The notes beneath the pieces were generated by a model. That model was not told where the DNA came from and made no database searches. It saw only the letters and a program-made list of their open reading frames with translations. The translations under genes and the position numbers were made by a program. A stretch of DNA of 64,000 bases. Source: Patescibacteria group bacterium (GTDB taxonomy: Bacteria; Patescibacteriota; Microgenomatia; UBA1406; GWC2-37-13). This document shows positions 17,715-27,167 of this stretch, one piece after another. How positions within the stretch are numbered: position 1 is the stretch's first letter; the number at the start of each line of letters is the position of its first letter. Location: contig JBBQLR010000002.1 in the NCBI GenBank assembly GCA_038328135.1, positions 12,936-76,935 on the forward strand, in the 5' to 3' direction.

Positions 17715-19030
17715 GAAAGCGCAGTAAGGAGTGCATCTCGTTCATTTTTTAGTTCTCCGCTGATTACTTTCTCAAAAAGGCTGTCTAAAATATTTCCAAC
17801 TTCTTTACTTGGTTTAATATTTTTTATTTTCATCACATCGAGTCCATTAATCTTTAAATCTTTTACCGTAAACGGCTCTTTTTGCACCTCAATAATTCGT
17901 TTCTTGAAGAGATCCAATCGCCATGATGTTGGGGTTGACCCTGATCCTACGCGATCTGCTGTACGAAGGTCTAACATATCTTGGATATATTCCTTTCCGA
18001 CGTCTCGTATAAATCTCCGTACTGCTTTATCAGTTTGATCTTCGATAACGGTGAACTGATGAAACTCAATTAATCGGATGAACTTTGTTTTTTGTTCATT
18101 CGATAAACGAAGTCTCTCAGCGATTTTTTTAGCTTGTATTGTCCCCACTACTTCGTGATTGTAAAAAGTAATAAGCTGTGACTCTTCATCCTTATGAAAA
18201 GTCCCCACTTTACCGATATCGTGTAAAAGTGCGGCTAGTCTGGTGATTGGATCTGGTGACGGACAGTTTTTTAAAGCCATTATCAAATGAGTTCCTACAT
18301 CATAGATATGATGTCGATTTGGGCTTTTTTGAGGAATAGCAAAACAAACGTCCAATTCCGGCAAGATAAATTTTAGTATACCAGTGCTTTTTAGAAATAA
18401 TATTCCCTCTGAAGGGTGGTCACTCCCGACTATTTTAAGAAGTTCATCGCGGATACGTTCCCATGAAATCTTTGTAATAAGCTCGCTGTTTCGAGTCATT
18501 GCATTCATTGTTTCTTCATCGATTAAAAAACCAAGCTGAGAAGCGAATCGAATTCCCCTCATAAGTCGTAGAGCATCCTCTTGAAAGCGGGTGTCAGGGA
18601 CCCCCACAGCGACAATCCTCTTTTCTTCGATGTGTTTTTTACCATCGAATAAGTCAGTAATCTCAGTCCCATCATAGGCCATGGCATTTACGGTAAAATC
18701 ACGTCGTCCAAGATCCTCTGAAAGTGTTTTTGCCCAGGCTATTATTTCAGGATGTCTATTATCCTGATAATTCGATTCTTTTCGATATGGAGTGATTTCA
18801 AACAAAAAATTGTTGGATTTCACCGTCACTGTTCCATAAACATTGTGATAGAAATTGTCTGGAAACAGTTTTTGGATTTCTTCAGGTGATGCATTGGTTG
18901 TAAAATCCCAGTTAGTTACCTCTTTACTCAACAGAAGATTACGGACAGCACCTCCAACCACGTACACCTCAAATCCGTTTTTACGGATACTATTCATAAA
19001 CTCAAGAACGGAAGGTGGAAGAGGCTTCAT
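17705..19030 (-). CDS. cca: CCA-adding tRNA nucleotidyltransferase with HD domain
   Basis: GGAVRNLLL, RRDFTVNAMA, and a C-terminal HD domain (LLHDIGK). Confidence 0.88.
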   Translation of the reverse strand: MKPLPPSVLEFMNSIRKNGFEVYVVGGAVRNLLLSKEVTNWDFTTNASPEEIQKLFPDNFYHNVYGTVTVKSNNFLFEITPYRKESNYQDNRHPEIIAWAKTLSEDLGRRDFTVNAMAYDGTEITDLFDGKKHIEEKRIVAVGVPDTRFQEDALRLMRGIRFASQLGFLIDEETMNAMTRNSELITKISWERIRDELLKIVGSDHPSEGILFLKSTGILKFILPELDVCFAIPQKSPNRHHIYDVGTHLIMALKNCPSPDPITRLAALLHDIGKVGTFHKDEESQLITFYNHEVVGTIQAKKIAERLRLSNEQKTKFIRLIEFHQFTVIEDQTDKAVRRFIRDVGKEYIQDMLDLRTADRVGSGSTPTSWRLDLFKKRIIEVQKEPFTVKDLKINGLDVMKIKNIKPSKEVGNILDSLFEKVISGELKNERDALLTALSQG

Positions 19031-19893
19031 ACTTCTATTATACTCAAGCCAAGAGCCTTGAGTATGTCTATATTCTTCTTATCCGGCCCCTTCCCTTCAA
19101 ATCCCGGGGTTTCTATAATAAAGGGGAGGTTGGAGGTTCGTTTGTCATGGACAAGAAGCTTAAATGGGGCTAACGTAAGGGAGCCTGCCCCGATATTTTC
19201 ATGTCGGTCCCGCCCTGAATTAAACGGATCTCGACTATCATTTATATGTAAAACAATCAGTTTATGTATCCCTATTTTTTTGTCGAACTCATTGAAAAAT
19301 AGATCCATTTTAGCTTTGGTCGAAAGTTCATATCCGGCTGAAAAAAGGTGGCATGTATCGAGGCAAACTTTCAGTCGTTCATTATTTACATCATTCAGAA
19401 TGGATGCTATTTCATCGATATTTTGCCCAATCTTTTTATTCCCGGCGTTTTCTATTATTAAAAAAGTATCTTGCGGTGTATGAGCTAACACTTCATTGAT
19501 ATTGTTAATGAGAGCGCTGTATTTTCTATCTTGAGACACATCCCACATTGCGGGAACGTTCCCTTTGAATGAACCGATATGCACAATACTGCCAATTATT
19601 CCAATTTGGGAAGCAACATTGAGCTCCGCTATTAAGGATTTTTTTGACTCTTCCCCAATTCGTCCGTCATCTGCGAGATTGATAAGATAAGATGCATGAA
19701 AAAAAACATCTGTTATTTTAAGCCTTTTTTTCGTATCTAAGAATAATTGTTTCGATTCATCTGTGATCGTAGCTCTATTCCATCCGCGGGGGGAGGCTGA
19801 AAAGATCTGTAAGCAATTTCCTCCAATGGCGTTAACTCTTTCTAAAGCCTTATCATATCCTCCAGCTATCGAAAGATGTGCTCCTATTTTCAT
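19027..19893 (-). CDS. nfo: deoxyribonuclease IV (endonuclease IV)
   Basis: IGAHLSIAGG, HASYLINLA, IIENAG, CLDTCHLF and HINDS motifs of the AP endonuclease 2 family. Confidence 0.9.
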   Translation of the reverse strand: MKIGAHLSIAGGYDKALERVNAIGGNCLQIFSASPRGWNRATITDESKQLFLDTKKRLKITDVFFHASYLINLADDGRIGEESKKSLIAELNVASQIGIIGSIVHIGSFKGNVPAMWDVSQDRKYSALINNINEVLAHTPQDTFLIIENAGNKKIGQNIDEIASILNDVNNERLKVCLDTCHLFSAGYELSTKAKMDLFFNEFDKKIGIHKLIVLHINDSRDPFNSGRDRHENIGAGSLTLAPFKLLVHDKRTSNLPFIIETPGFEGKGPDKKNIDILKALGLSIIEV

Positions 19894-20306
19894 ATTAATT
19901 TCGTAAAAATTTCAATAATTCTTTTTTTAATATTTTCTGCAAAAGGGAGGCTTTTCATTTCATTTATGCTTGAAATCCATTTATATTCTGTCAATTTATT
20001 TTCAAGTATTACCGTCTGACTGAGAGCCTTGCAAAGGAAATGCTCTGCATGGAACATTTTATCCTGGTCGGGAAAAACATCCTCACCGATCCACTGAATA
20101 GAGTCGATTTGAAGGCCAACTTCTTCATTGACTTCGCGTCTCAACCCAGTGAGAATTGGTTCGGAAGGGTATATTTTCCCTCCTGGAATTGTCCATAACC
20201 CCGCATCTATCTGTTCTTTTGGCGATTTTTTTACTACCAAAAGATATCCATCTTTATTAAATATGAAAGCTCCAACTGAGAGAATCAATGTATATTTCTC
20301 GTACAT
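19890..20306 (-). CDS. NUDIX hydrolase
   Basis: Nudix box GGKIYPSEPILTGLRREVNEEVGL. An extended -10 TGaTATACT sits 6 nt upstream of the ATG. Confidence 0.85.
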   Translation of the reverse strand: MYEKYTLILSVGAFIFNKDGYLLVVKKSPKEQIDAGLWTIPGGKIYPSEPILTGLRREVNEEVGLQIDSIQWIGEDVFPDQDKMFHAEHFLCKALSQTVILENKLTEYKWISSINEMKSLPFAENIKKRIIEIFTKLI

Positions 20307-20331
20307 TTCACTAGTATATCAAAAATACCCC

Positions 20332-20368
20332 TTGACTTAATTTAGCAGAGTTGGTATATTATTGCTAA
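20332..20368 (+). promoter_or_regulatory. hrcA promoter overlapping a CIRCE-like inverted repeat
   Basis: TTGACT 20332-20337, 17 nt, TATATT 20355-20360. Inverted repeat TTAGCAGAG-N9-TATTGCTAA at 20342-20368, compared with the CIRCE consensus TTAGCACTC-N9-GAGTGCTAA. The hrcA ATG follows one nt later. Confidence 0.65.
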
Positions 20369-20369
20369 T

Positions 20370-21125
20370 ATGGATGATTTAACTGCAAGACAGTTGGAAA
20401 TATTAAAAGTGATAATTCAAGAACATACGGATACAGGTGAACCTGTTGGGTCTGAAATTTTGGAAAAAAAGTATAAGCTAGGTGTTTCACCAGCCACAAT
20501 CCGAAATGAAATGGTGATTTTGGCCAAAAAGGGATATATCGTGAAGTCACATTTTTCCTCCGGCAGAATTCCATCCCCAAAAGGGTTCCGCCTCTATATC
20601 AATAAGATAATGAAACAAAAAGATATGTCAACGGCTGATGAAGTGGCATATAAAAATAGTGTATGGGATGAACGGGGAGAAATGCATAAACTTCTGACGC
20701 AAGCAACGAGAGTACTTGCTCACAGAACTGGTCTTGTATCGCTTGCAACAACAAATACAGGAGACATTTACTTTGCAGGGCTTGCGAATTTACTTAACAT
20801 CCAGGAGTATATTGACCGAGAGATGGAGCGACAGGTGTTCCAACGATTGGAACAAATGGAATATTGGGAAAGGTTATTAAGCAAATTCGGGGCAACGGAA
20901 AATCATGATATTTATTTTGTTCTTGGGGACGAAGGGTATGCAGATCCCATTTATGATTCGTGTGCGAGTATTTTCGGGGAATTTGAATCAAATAACATAA
21001 AAGGAATCATCGGAGTAGTTGGTCCAAAACGAATGCATTATGATCTTATCGCACCGCAGATTAAATACTTTTCAACATTATTGGAAGAGATGATGAGAGA
21101 ACAGAAGTTAGGGGTAAGTATATAG
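20370..21125 (+). CDS. hrcA: heat-inducible transcription repressor HrcA (short, 251 aa)
   Basis: N-terminal wHTH LTARQLEILKVIIQEHTDTGEPVGSE...SPATIRNEM; heads the grpE-dnaK-dnaJ operon. Confidence 0.88.
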   Translation: MDDLTARQLEILKVIIQEHTDTGEPVGSEILEKKYKLGVSPATIRNEMVILAKKGYIVKSHFSSGRIPSPKGFRLYINKIMKQKDMSTADEVAYKNSVWDERGEMHKLLTQATRVLAHRTGLVSLATTNTGDIYFAGLANLLNIQEYIDREMERQVFQRLEQMEYWERLLSKFGATENHDIYFVLGDEGYADPIYDSCASIFGEFESNNIKGIIGVVGPKRMHYDLIAPQIKYFSTLLEEMMREQKLGVSI

Positions 21126-21179
21126 TAGTTTCGCCCAAAGGGCGATGGACCTTTGTTCCAAGTAATTATAAATTTTACG

Positions 21180-21725
21180 ATGACGATGAAAAATAATACA
21201 GACAAACCTGAAAATCAAAAAATCGAGACAGAGAGATCAGAAATAGAGGAAGTTGAGCAAGTAGAAAAAGAAGTAAAAGAATGTAAGAACAGTGAGGAGC
21301 TGTCAAAACAAGTCGATGAGTACAAAACAAAGTACCTCCGGGCAATCGCAGATTACCAAAATTATGAGCGTCGTGTACTGGATCAGCGAATCGAGTGGAC
21401 TAAAAATGCAAATAAAAATGTGATTCTCAAGTTGTTGTCATTTCTTGATGATCTTGAACGAGCGGAAGTATTTGTAAAAGATCCCAATTTAGTTCTTATA
21501 AAAGATTCATTCAATAAAATGTTGAAAAACGAGGGACTAGAGGAAATCGAAGTTTTGAATAAGCCATACGACCCGTATACGGCAGAAGTCATCGACATGA
21601 AAGAAGGAGATGAAGATAATATAGTATTGAATGTCTTAAAAAAAGGGTACACATATAACGGTCAGTTATTAAGAGTTGCACAAGTAACCGTTTCAAAGAA
21701 AGTAGAGAAGAAAGTTATAAGTTAA
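21180..21725 (+). CDS. grpE: nucleotide exchange factor GrpE
   Basis: YLRAIADYQNYERR signature and C-terminal beta domain. Start placed at the first ATG (MTMKNN); the track ORF starts at an upstream TTG. Confidence 0.9.
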   Translation: MTMKNNTDKPENQKIETERSEIEEVEQVEKEVKECKNSEELSKQVDEYKTKYLRAIADYQNYERRVLDQRIEWTKNANKNVILKLLSFLDDLERAEVFVKDPNLVLIKDSFNKMLKNEGLEEIEVLNKPYDPYTAEVIDMKEGDEDNIVLNVLKKGYTYNGQLLRVAQVTVSKKVEKKVIS

Positions 21726-21754
21726 AATTTTTTATTAATTATATTTTTTAAACT

Positions 21755-23659
21755 ATGTCAAAAGTAATAGGTATCGATCTCGGTACAACAAACTCATGTG
21801 TCTCAGTTATGGAAGGTGGAAAACCAAAAGTGATCTATTCTCAGGAAGGGAGAAACACCATTCCTTCAGTTGTTGACCCAATTAAACGAGTTGTCGGAGA
21901 TGTGGCAAAACGACAGATGGTAATTAATCCTAAAAACACCATATTTTCGGTAAAACGATTGATGGGAAGACGGTTTAACGACCCATCAGTGGCGATTGAT
22001 AAGAAATGGCTTCCCTATACAATTAAAGAGGGGCGTGATGGAATGGCTGATGTTGAAGTAGATGGAAAAACATTTACTCCACAAGAAATTTCCGCTCAGA
22101 TTTTACAAAAAATCAAAGTTGATGCAGAAAGCTATTTGGGTGAAAAGGTCGAAAAAGCAGTAATCACGGTTCCAGCCTACTTTGATGATGCGCAGCGACA
22201 AGCGACAAAACAAGCGGGTGAAATTGCGGGACTTGAAGTAGTTCGTATCATCAATGAACCCACCGCCGCTGCACTTGCATACGGGCTTGATAAACAACAT
22301 TCCCACACAATTGTCGTTTACGATTTGGGTGGTGGAACGTTTGATGTAACTGTTCTTGAACTTGGGGAAGGCGTATTTCAAGTAAAGGCAACGAATGGTG
22401 ATACTCATTTGGGAGGAGATGACTTTGATAAAGTGATACTAGACTTCCTTGCAGATGAATTTAAAAAAGATAGTGGCGTAGATTTACGACTCGACAAACA
22501 GGCTCTTCAACGATTAAGAGATGCTGCAGAAAAAGCCAAGATAGAGCTTTCTACATCATTGGAAACTGAAGTGAACTTACCGTTCGTAACTGTGAAAGAT
22601 GGACAACCACTTCACTTGGTAGTAAAAATTACCCGAGCAAAGCTTGAACAGTTGGTCGGAGGGTTGATTGATAAGACGTTCGAACCAGTGAAAGCATGTT
22701 TGAAGGATGCAGGAATTGATGTATCAAAGATCAACGAAATAGTGATGGTTGGAGGTATGACTCGTATGCCAAAAGTGTATGACAAGGTGAAGGAATTTTT
22801 TAATCATGAGCCAAACAGAAGTGTGAATCCTGATGAAGTAGTGGCAGTTGGTGCTGCAATCCAAGCGGGCATATTAACTGGAGAAACAAAGGATGTCGTG
22901 TTGCTTGACGTGACACCGCTTACGTTAGGAGTTGAGACGTTAGGAAGCGTATCCACTCCTCTTATCCAAAGAAATACAACCATCCCCACATCCAGATCCG
23001 AAATATTCTCCACAGCTGGAGATAACCAAACACAGGTGGAGATTCACATTTTACAGGGAGAGCGACCATTAGCTAAGGATAACAAGTCGCTTGGACGATT
23101 CATTCTCGATGGAATACCTCCTGCTCCTCGTGGAGTTCCTCAAATCGAAGTAGCTTTTGATATTGATGCAAGTGGCATAGTCACGGTAACAGCAAAAGAT
23201 AAAGCAACTGGGAAAACGCAAGCGATAAAGATAACAGGGTCAACTGGACTTACGAAAGACGAAATAGATAAAATGAAGGTTGAAGCGGAGCAAAATGCAG
23301 AAAAAGACAAGGATGAAAAAGAAAAGATCGAAGTGAAGAATAAAGCGGATAATCTCATTTATACTGCTGAAAAATCCCTTAAGGATGTTGGCGATAAAGC
23401 ACCAAAAGAATTGAAGGAAGCAGTGGAGAAAAAGATAAAAGATTTGAAAGACGTTACCGAAAAGGGAGATAAGGCCGACATAGAGAAAAAAACATCTGAA
23501 TTATCTGATGAATTGCAAAAGATCGGGCAATATATGTATAAAAAAGATGAAAAAGCTCCAGATGCAAGTCCAGAAGGAGCAGGAACGGGAGATAAAAAAG
23601 AAGAAGCAAAACCATCAGAAGAAAAGAAAAATGTAGAAGAAGGACAAGTGGTTAGCTAA
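21755..23659 (+). CDS. dnaK: molecular chaperone DnaK (Hsp70)
   Basis: [17 protein letters not shown] and VGGMTRMP signatures; 634 aa. Confidence 0.97.
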   Translation: MSKVIGIDLGTTNSCVSVMEGGKPKVIYSQEGRNTIPSVVDPIKRVVGDVAKRQMVINPKNTIFSVKRLMGRRFNDPSVAIDKKWLPYTIKEGRDGMADVEVDGKTFTPQEISAQILQKIKVDAESYLGEKVEKAVITVPAYFDDAQRQATKQAGEIAGLEVVRIINEPTAAALAYGLDKQHSHTIVVYDLGGGTFDVTVLELGEGVFQVKATNGDTHLGGDDFDKVILDFLADEFKKDSGVDLRLDKQALQRLRDAAEKAKIELSTSLETEVNLPFVTVKDGQPLHLVVKITRAKLEQLVGGLIDKTFEPVKACLKDAGIDVSKINEIVMVGGMTRMPKVYDKVKEFFNHEPNRSVNPDEVVAVGAAIQAGILTGETKDVVLLDVTPLTLGVETLGSVSTPLIQRNTTIPTSRSEIFSTAGDNQTQVEIHILQGERPLAKDNKSLGRFILDGIPPAPRGVPQIEVAFDIDASGIVTVTAKDKATGKTQAIKITGSTGLTKDEIDKMKVEAEQNAEKDKDEKEKIEVKNKADNLIYTAEKSLKDVGDKAPKELKEAVEKKIKDLKDVTEKGDKADIEKKTSELSDELQKIGQYMYKKDEKAPDASPEGAGTGDKKEEAKPSEEKKNVEEGQVVS

Positions 23660-23683
23660 GATGACTATAATTCTGGAATCAGA

Positions 23684-23724
23684 AAAACGACATCCCGAAA
23701 TATTTTTCGGGATTTCGTTTTTGT
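23684..23724 (+). terminator. intrinsic terminator after dnaK
   Basis: ATCCCGAAA (23692-23700) / TTTCGGGAT (23705-23713), extended by AACGA/TCGTT, followed by a T run. Confidence 0.8.
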
Positions 23725-23776
23725 AAAGAAGTGGTAAAATAGATTTCCGTTATATATTGATGGTGAATGGTTGAAT

Positions 23777-24646
23777 ATGGATTATTACGAATTACTTGGG
23801 CTTAAAAAAGGTGCAACGGAAGCAGAAATAAAAGCTGCATATAGAAAACAAGCCCTCAAATGGCATCCAGATCGAAACAAGGCTCCCGATGCTGCTAACA
23901 AATTCAAGGAAATAAATAAAGCATACGAAGTACTCGCAGATACACAAAAACGTGAAATGTATGATCAATATGGAAAAGAGGGGTTTGAAAGGGGAGGATT
24001 CGGGAGTCATTCTCGAAGTGGTTCAGCAGGTCAACAGCAACAAGGTCCTTTTTCCTATACCTATTCTTCAAATGGAGGCGGTCAAAGCCCTTTTGAAGGA
24101 GTGGATTTTGGAGGAAGCGACCCATTTGAAATATTCGAGCAGTTTTTTGGATTTGGCGGGGCGGGAGGAGCTAGAAGTAAAAAACGACGAGATTTATATC
24201 AAATGGAACTTTCATTCCAAGAGGCCGTTCATGGAGTTTCAAAAGAAACAGCAATCAAAGGAAGTAGTCGCACAATAAAAATACCTGCAGGAGTAGATGA
24301 TGGAATGAAAATAAGATTCGATGATTTTGACGTCTTGGTAAGAGTCCGTTCGGATGCTAAATTCAGAAGAGAGGGACAGGATGTATATGTAGAGAAAAAA
24401 ATTTCATTCCCGCTTGCTGCATTAGGTGGAGAGTTGGCTGTGGAAACTCTTGAAAGCCCTGTTACTCTGCGCGTGCGTCCTGGCACGAAAAGTGGAACTA
24501 CTGTGCGGCTTCGAAGTCACGGAATTGTTTACCCACAACAAAATCGTAAAGGAGATTTGTATGTAATTTATACAATTGAAGTCCCTGAACGATTGTCATC
24601 AAAGTCGAAAAAACTCTTGGAAGAGTTGCAGAAAGAATTGTCCTGA
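23777..24646 (+). CDS. dnaJ: J-domain co-chaperone (DnaJ/CbpA class II, no zinc-finger domain)
   Basis: DYYELLGL and HPDRN J-domain, G/F-rich linker, two C-terminal beta domains. No CxxCxGxG repeats. Confidence 0.88.
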   Translation: MDYYELLGLKKGATEAEIKAAYRKQALKWHPDRNKAPDAANKFKEINKAYEVLADTQKREMYDQYGKEGFERGGFGSHSRSGSAGQQQQGPFSYTYSSNGGGQSPFEGVDFGGSDPFEIFEQFFGFGGAGGARSKKRRDLYQMELSFQEAVHGVSKETAIKGSSRTIKIPAGVDDGMKIRFDDFDVLVRVRSDAKFRREGQDVYVEKKISFPLAALGGELAVETLESPVTLRVRPGTKSGTTVRLRSHGIVYPQQNRKGDLYVIYTIEVPERLSSKSKKLLEELQKELS

Positions 24647-24694
24647 TATACAATAGGGTTTCAGCAATACAATATTATTATTTAAAAGAATCAC

Positions 24695-25261
24695 ATGAAA
24701 ACCAGTGCAGGAGCTTTAAAAAAGGGAGAATTTATTAAACATCTTGACACCATTTGGCAAGTGCAAAAGGCAGATTTTTACTCTCCCGGAAAAGGCTCTG
24801 CTCTCATGAAAGCTCGCATAAAGAATCTCATTACTCATAAAAATATCGATTACGCTTTTAAATCAAATGAAAGTGTAGACGTTTTAGACGTGTCTTGTAT
24901 TGAGATGGAATATTTATATAAAGATCAGGAAAATGTATATTTCATGGACCAGAGAACGTATAATCAATATACACTCGCGGTATCCATTGTAGGAGATGTG
25001 GCGAAATTCATGAAGGAGGGTAATGGATATTACGTATATATGTACGATGATAAACCCCTTACGATGAGACCACCAACCTCAGTAAAATTCAAAATAGTTG
25101 AAACTGAAGACGCCGTAAAAGGAGATACCGTTTCTGGGGCAAAGAAAGCAGCAAAAGTCGAGACGGGCGTAACTGTTATGGTCCCACTATTTGTTAAAGT
25201 CGGCGATATGATAACCGTTAATCCAGAAACAGGAGAATATGGAGAACGGGTAAAAGAATGA
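24695..25261 (+). CDS. efp: elongation factor P
   Basis: 188 aa, SPGKGSA loop carrying the conserved lysine, three-domain length. Confidence 0.9.
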   Translation: MKTSAGALKKGEFIKHLDTIWQVQKADFYSPGKGSALMKARIKNLITHKNIDYAFKSNESVDVLDVSCIEMEYLYKDQENVYFMDQRTYNQYTLAVSIVGDVAKFMKEGNGYYVYMYDDKPLTMRPPTSVKFKIVETEDAVKGDTVSGAKKAAKVETGVTVMVPLFVKVGDMITVNPETGEYGERVKE

Positions 25262-25277
25262 TATTTAGATTTATATT

Positions 25278-25901
25278 ATGCTCTCTGTCGGAAAACTTCT
25301 GAAGGATGCTCGTGAGCGAAAAAAGCTGTCTCTTCGTGACGTGGAAAAGAGCATAAAAGTACGTGAACAATTCATTCGTGCACTTGAGGAAGATAGATGG
25401 GATTTGTTTACATCCCGCATATACGTTACTGGGATACTAAAAAATTATTCTCGTTTTTTGGGACTGGATGAGCGTAAGATACTTGCATTTTTCAGACGCG
25501 AATACGAACGAATAGAGGAAATAAAATTCAAAGAAAAAGTTTCCACTTCCTACCTGTCATCTGATTCAAAAAAAACGATTATCGTGGGATTTGTATTTGT
25601 ATGTATTCTTCTCGCTGCATATTTTTCCTATCAGTTATTCCAATATTTTAGACCTCCTTCTATCCAAATTTTGTCCCCCAATACTACGACTTTTAAAAGA
25701 GAACTAGTAGTAAAAGTAGTAGGAAAAACGGAAAAGGAAGCGGTCGTAACTATCATGGGTGAACGGATATATCAGAATAAAGAGGGAATATTTGAATACA
25801 CCATGCCACTTAAACAAAAAGAGAATAATCTTTCAATAGAGGTTGTGGGAGCTAATGGAAAGACTACTATATTGAAAAAAGTATTTATGCGGACGCAATA
25901 A
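25278..25901 (+). CDS. RodZ-like HTH membrane protein
   Basis: N-terminal Xre-type HTH (LGKLLKDARERKKLSLRDVEKSIKV), one TM, and an extracytoplasmic beta-rich domain. Confidence 0.6.
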   Translation: MLSVGKLLKDARERKKLSLRDVEKSIKVREQFIRALEEDRWDLFTSRIYVTGILKNYSRFLGLDERKILAFFRREYERIEEIKFKEKVSTSYLSSDSKKTIIVGFVFVCILLAAYFSYQLFQYFRPPSIQILSPNTTTFKRELVVKVVGKTEKEAVVTIMGERIYQNKEGIFEYTMPLKQKENNLSIEVVGANGKTTILKKVFMRTQ

Positions 25902-27165
25902 ATTTCTGAATTTCACGTATTGAAGTGAGGTGAGTATGGTCAAGTGGGTTCATGCCCAGTCGTTTTGCTTCTTTTGAAGTCTTTACTCCTAAATAACCTG
26001 ATCGGATTTCGCCTAGAAGGCCCACTTCTCCAATAAAAACTTGATTTGCTTTAACCGTTTTTGAAAGTACCGAAGAATAGAGGGCTGCGATTATGCCAAC
26101 ATCTGCGAGCGGGGAAGTGATTCTAATACCCCCGACAACATTGAAATAGATGTCATAACTATCGAGTTTAAGATTGAGGTATTTTTTGGCTATCGCGATG
26201 AGTAATTGGACACGATTAAAGTCTATTCCTTTCGCAACACGGCGGGGCATTGAGAGAGATGTTGGAACCGCAAGCGCTTGAACTTCAAGGAACATTGGTC
26301 TATTTCCCTCACAAATGCCCACAATAGCTTTACCCACTTCTTTTTTCGATGAATCCGCGAGAAGCGCAGTTGCCGAGTTTACTTCATTCAATCCATTTTC
26401 CTTCATTTCAAATACGCCAATCTCGTCGATCGATCCAAATCTATTTTTTGAAGATCGAAGAATCCGAAACGGGGAAGCAGCATCCCCTTCAAGGGATAAC
26501 ACACAATCGACCATATGCTCGAGTGTCTTTGGCCCGGCTAAGTCCCCATCCTTTGTTACATGACCAATAACAAGAAATGGAATCCCGCTTTTTTTAGCAA
26601 ATGGAATCACGCGATTCATTACTTCTTTAATTTGGTTTATGCTTCCTGGTGGTGTTTCAACGTCATCAGTGTACAGCGTTTGGATGGAGTCAAGAATAAC
26701 AAATTGCGCGGTTTTTTGTGTTTCTATTCCAGATAGAATTTTATCAATATTTGCCTCATCGGAAAATAATATATGTGCTATATCTGCTTTCAACCGCTCA
26801 GCTCTATGCTGGACTTGGTCAAGCGATTCTTCGCCTGATACGTAAATTGCAAGACTTTTTTTAATGATTTGAAGAAGGAGTGTGGATTTGCCGATACCCG
26901 GCTCTCCCGAAAGGAGAACCACTTCTCCACGAGTAAGGCCTCCACCTAGCACTCGATCAAATTCAAACATGCCCATCGATTGTCTACTAGACTTTGATTT
27001 ATCGATTTTCTTCAGTTGAGAGAATTGAGTAGGAGTGGCTTTTCTTCTCGTAATTTGTGTCTCTTCCTTTTTTTGTTGAAGTGTGTTCCACTCTCCACAG
27101 CCGGGACACTTTCCAATCCAGGAAGCTGCGCCGTATTGACAAGAAGAACATATAAAAAAAGCCAT
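25885..27165 (-). CDS. radA: DNA repair protein RadA
   Basis: N-terminal C4 zinc finger (CSSC...CPGC), Walker A GEPGIGKST, KNRFG motif, Lon-like C-terminal domain. Confidence 0.92.
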   Translation of the reverse strand: MAFFICSSCQYGAASWIGKCPGCGEWNTLQQKKEETQITRRKATPTQFSQLKKIDKSKSSRQSMGMFEFDRVLGGGLTRGEVVLLSGEPGIGKSTLLLQIIKKSLAIYVSGEESLDQVQHRAERLKADIAHILFSDEANIDKILSGIETQKTAQFVILDSIQTLYTDDVETPPGSINQIKEVMNRVIPFAKKSGIPFLVIGHVTKDGDLAGPKTLEHMVDCVLSLEGDAASPFRILRSSKNRFGSIDEIGVFEMKENGLNEVNSATALLADSSKKEVGKAIVGICEGNRPMFLEVQALAVPTSLSMPRRVAKGIDFNRVQLLIAIAKKYLNLKLDSYDIYFNVVGGIRITSPLADVGIIAALYSSVLSKTVKANQVFIGEVGLLGEIRSGYLGVKTSKEAKRLGMNPLDHTHLTSIREIQKFIASA

Positions 27166-27167
27166 AG

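Noticed and set aside
21131-21145. Hairpin TCGCCC-AAA-GGGCGA between hrcA and grpE as a terminator.
   Set aside because: Only 6 bp and with no following U tract. It sits inside a conserved operon, so it is more likely an incidental or mRNA-stability stem. Not reported as a terminator.
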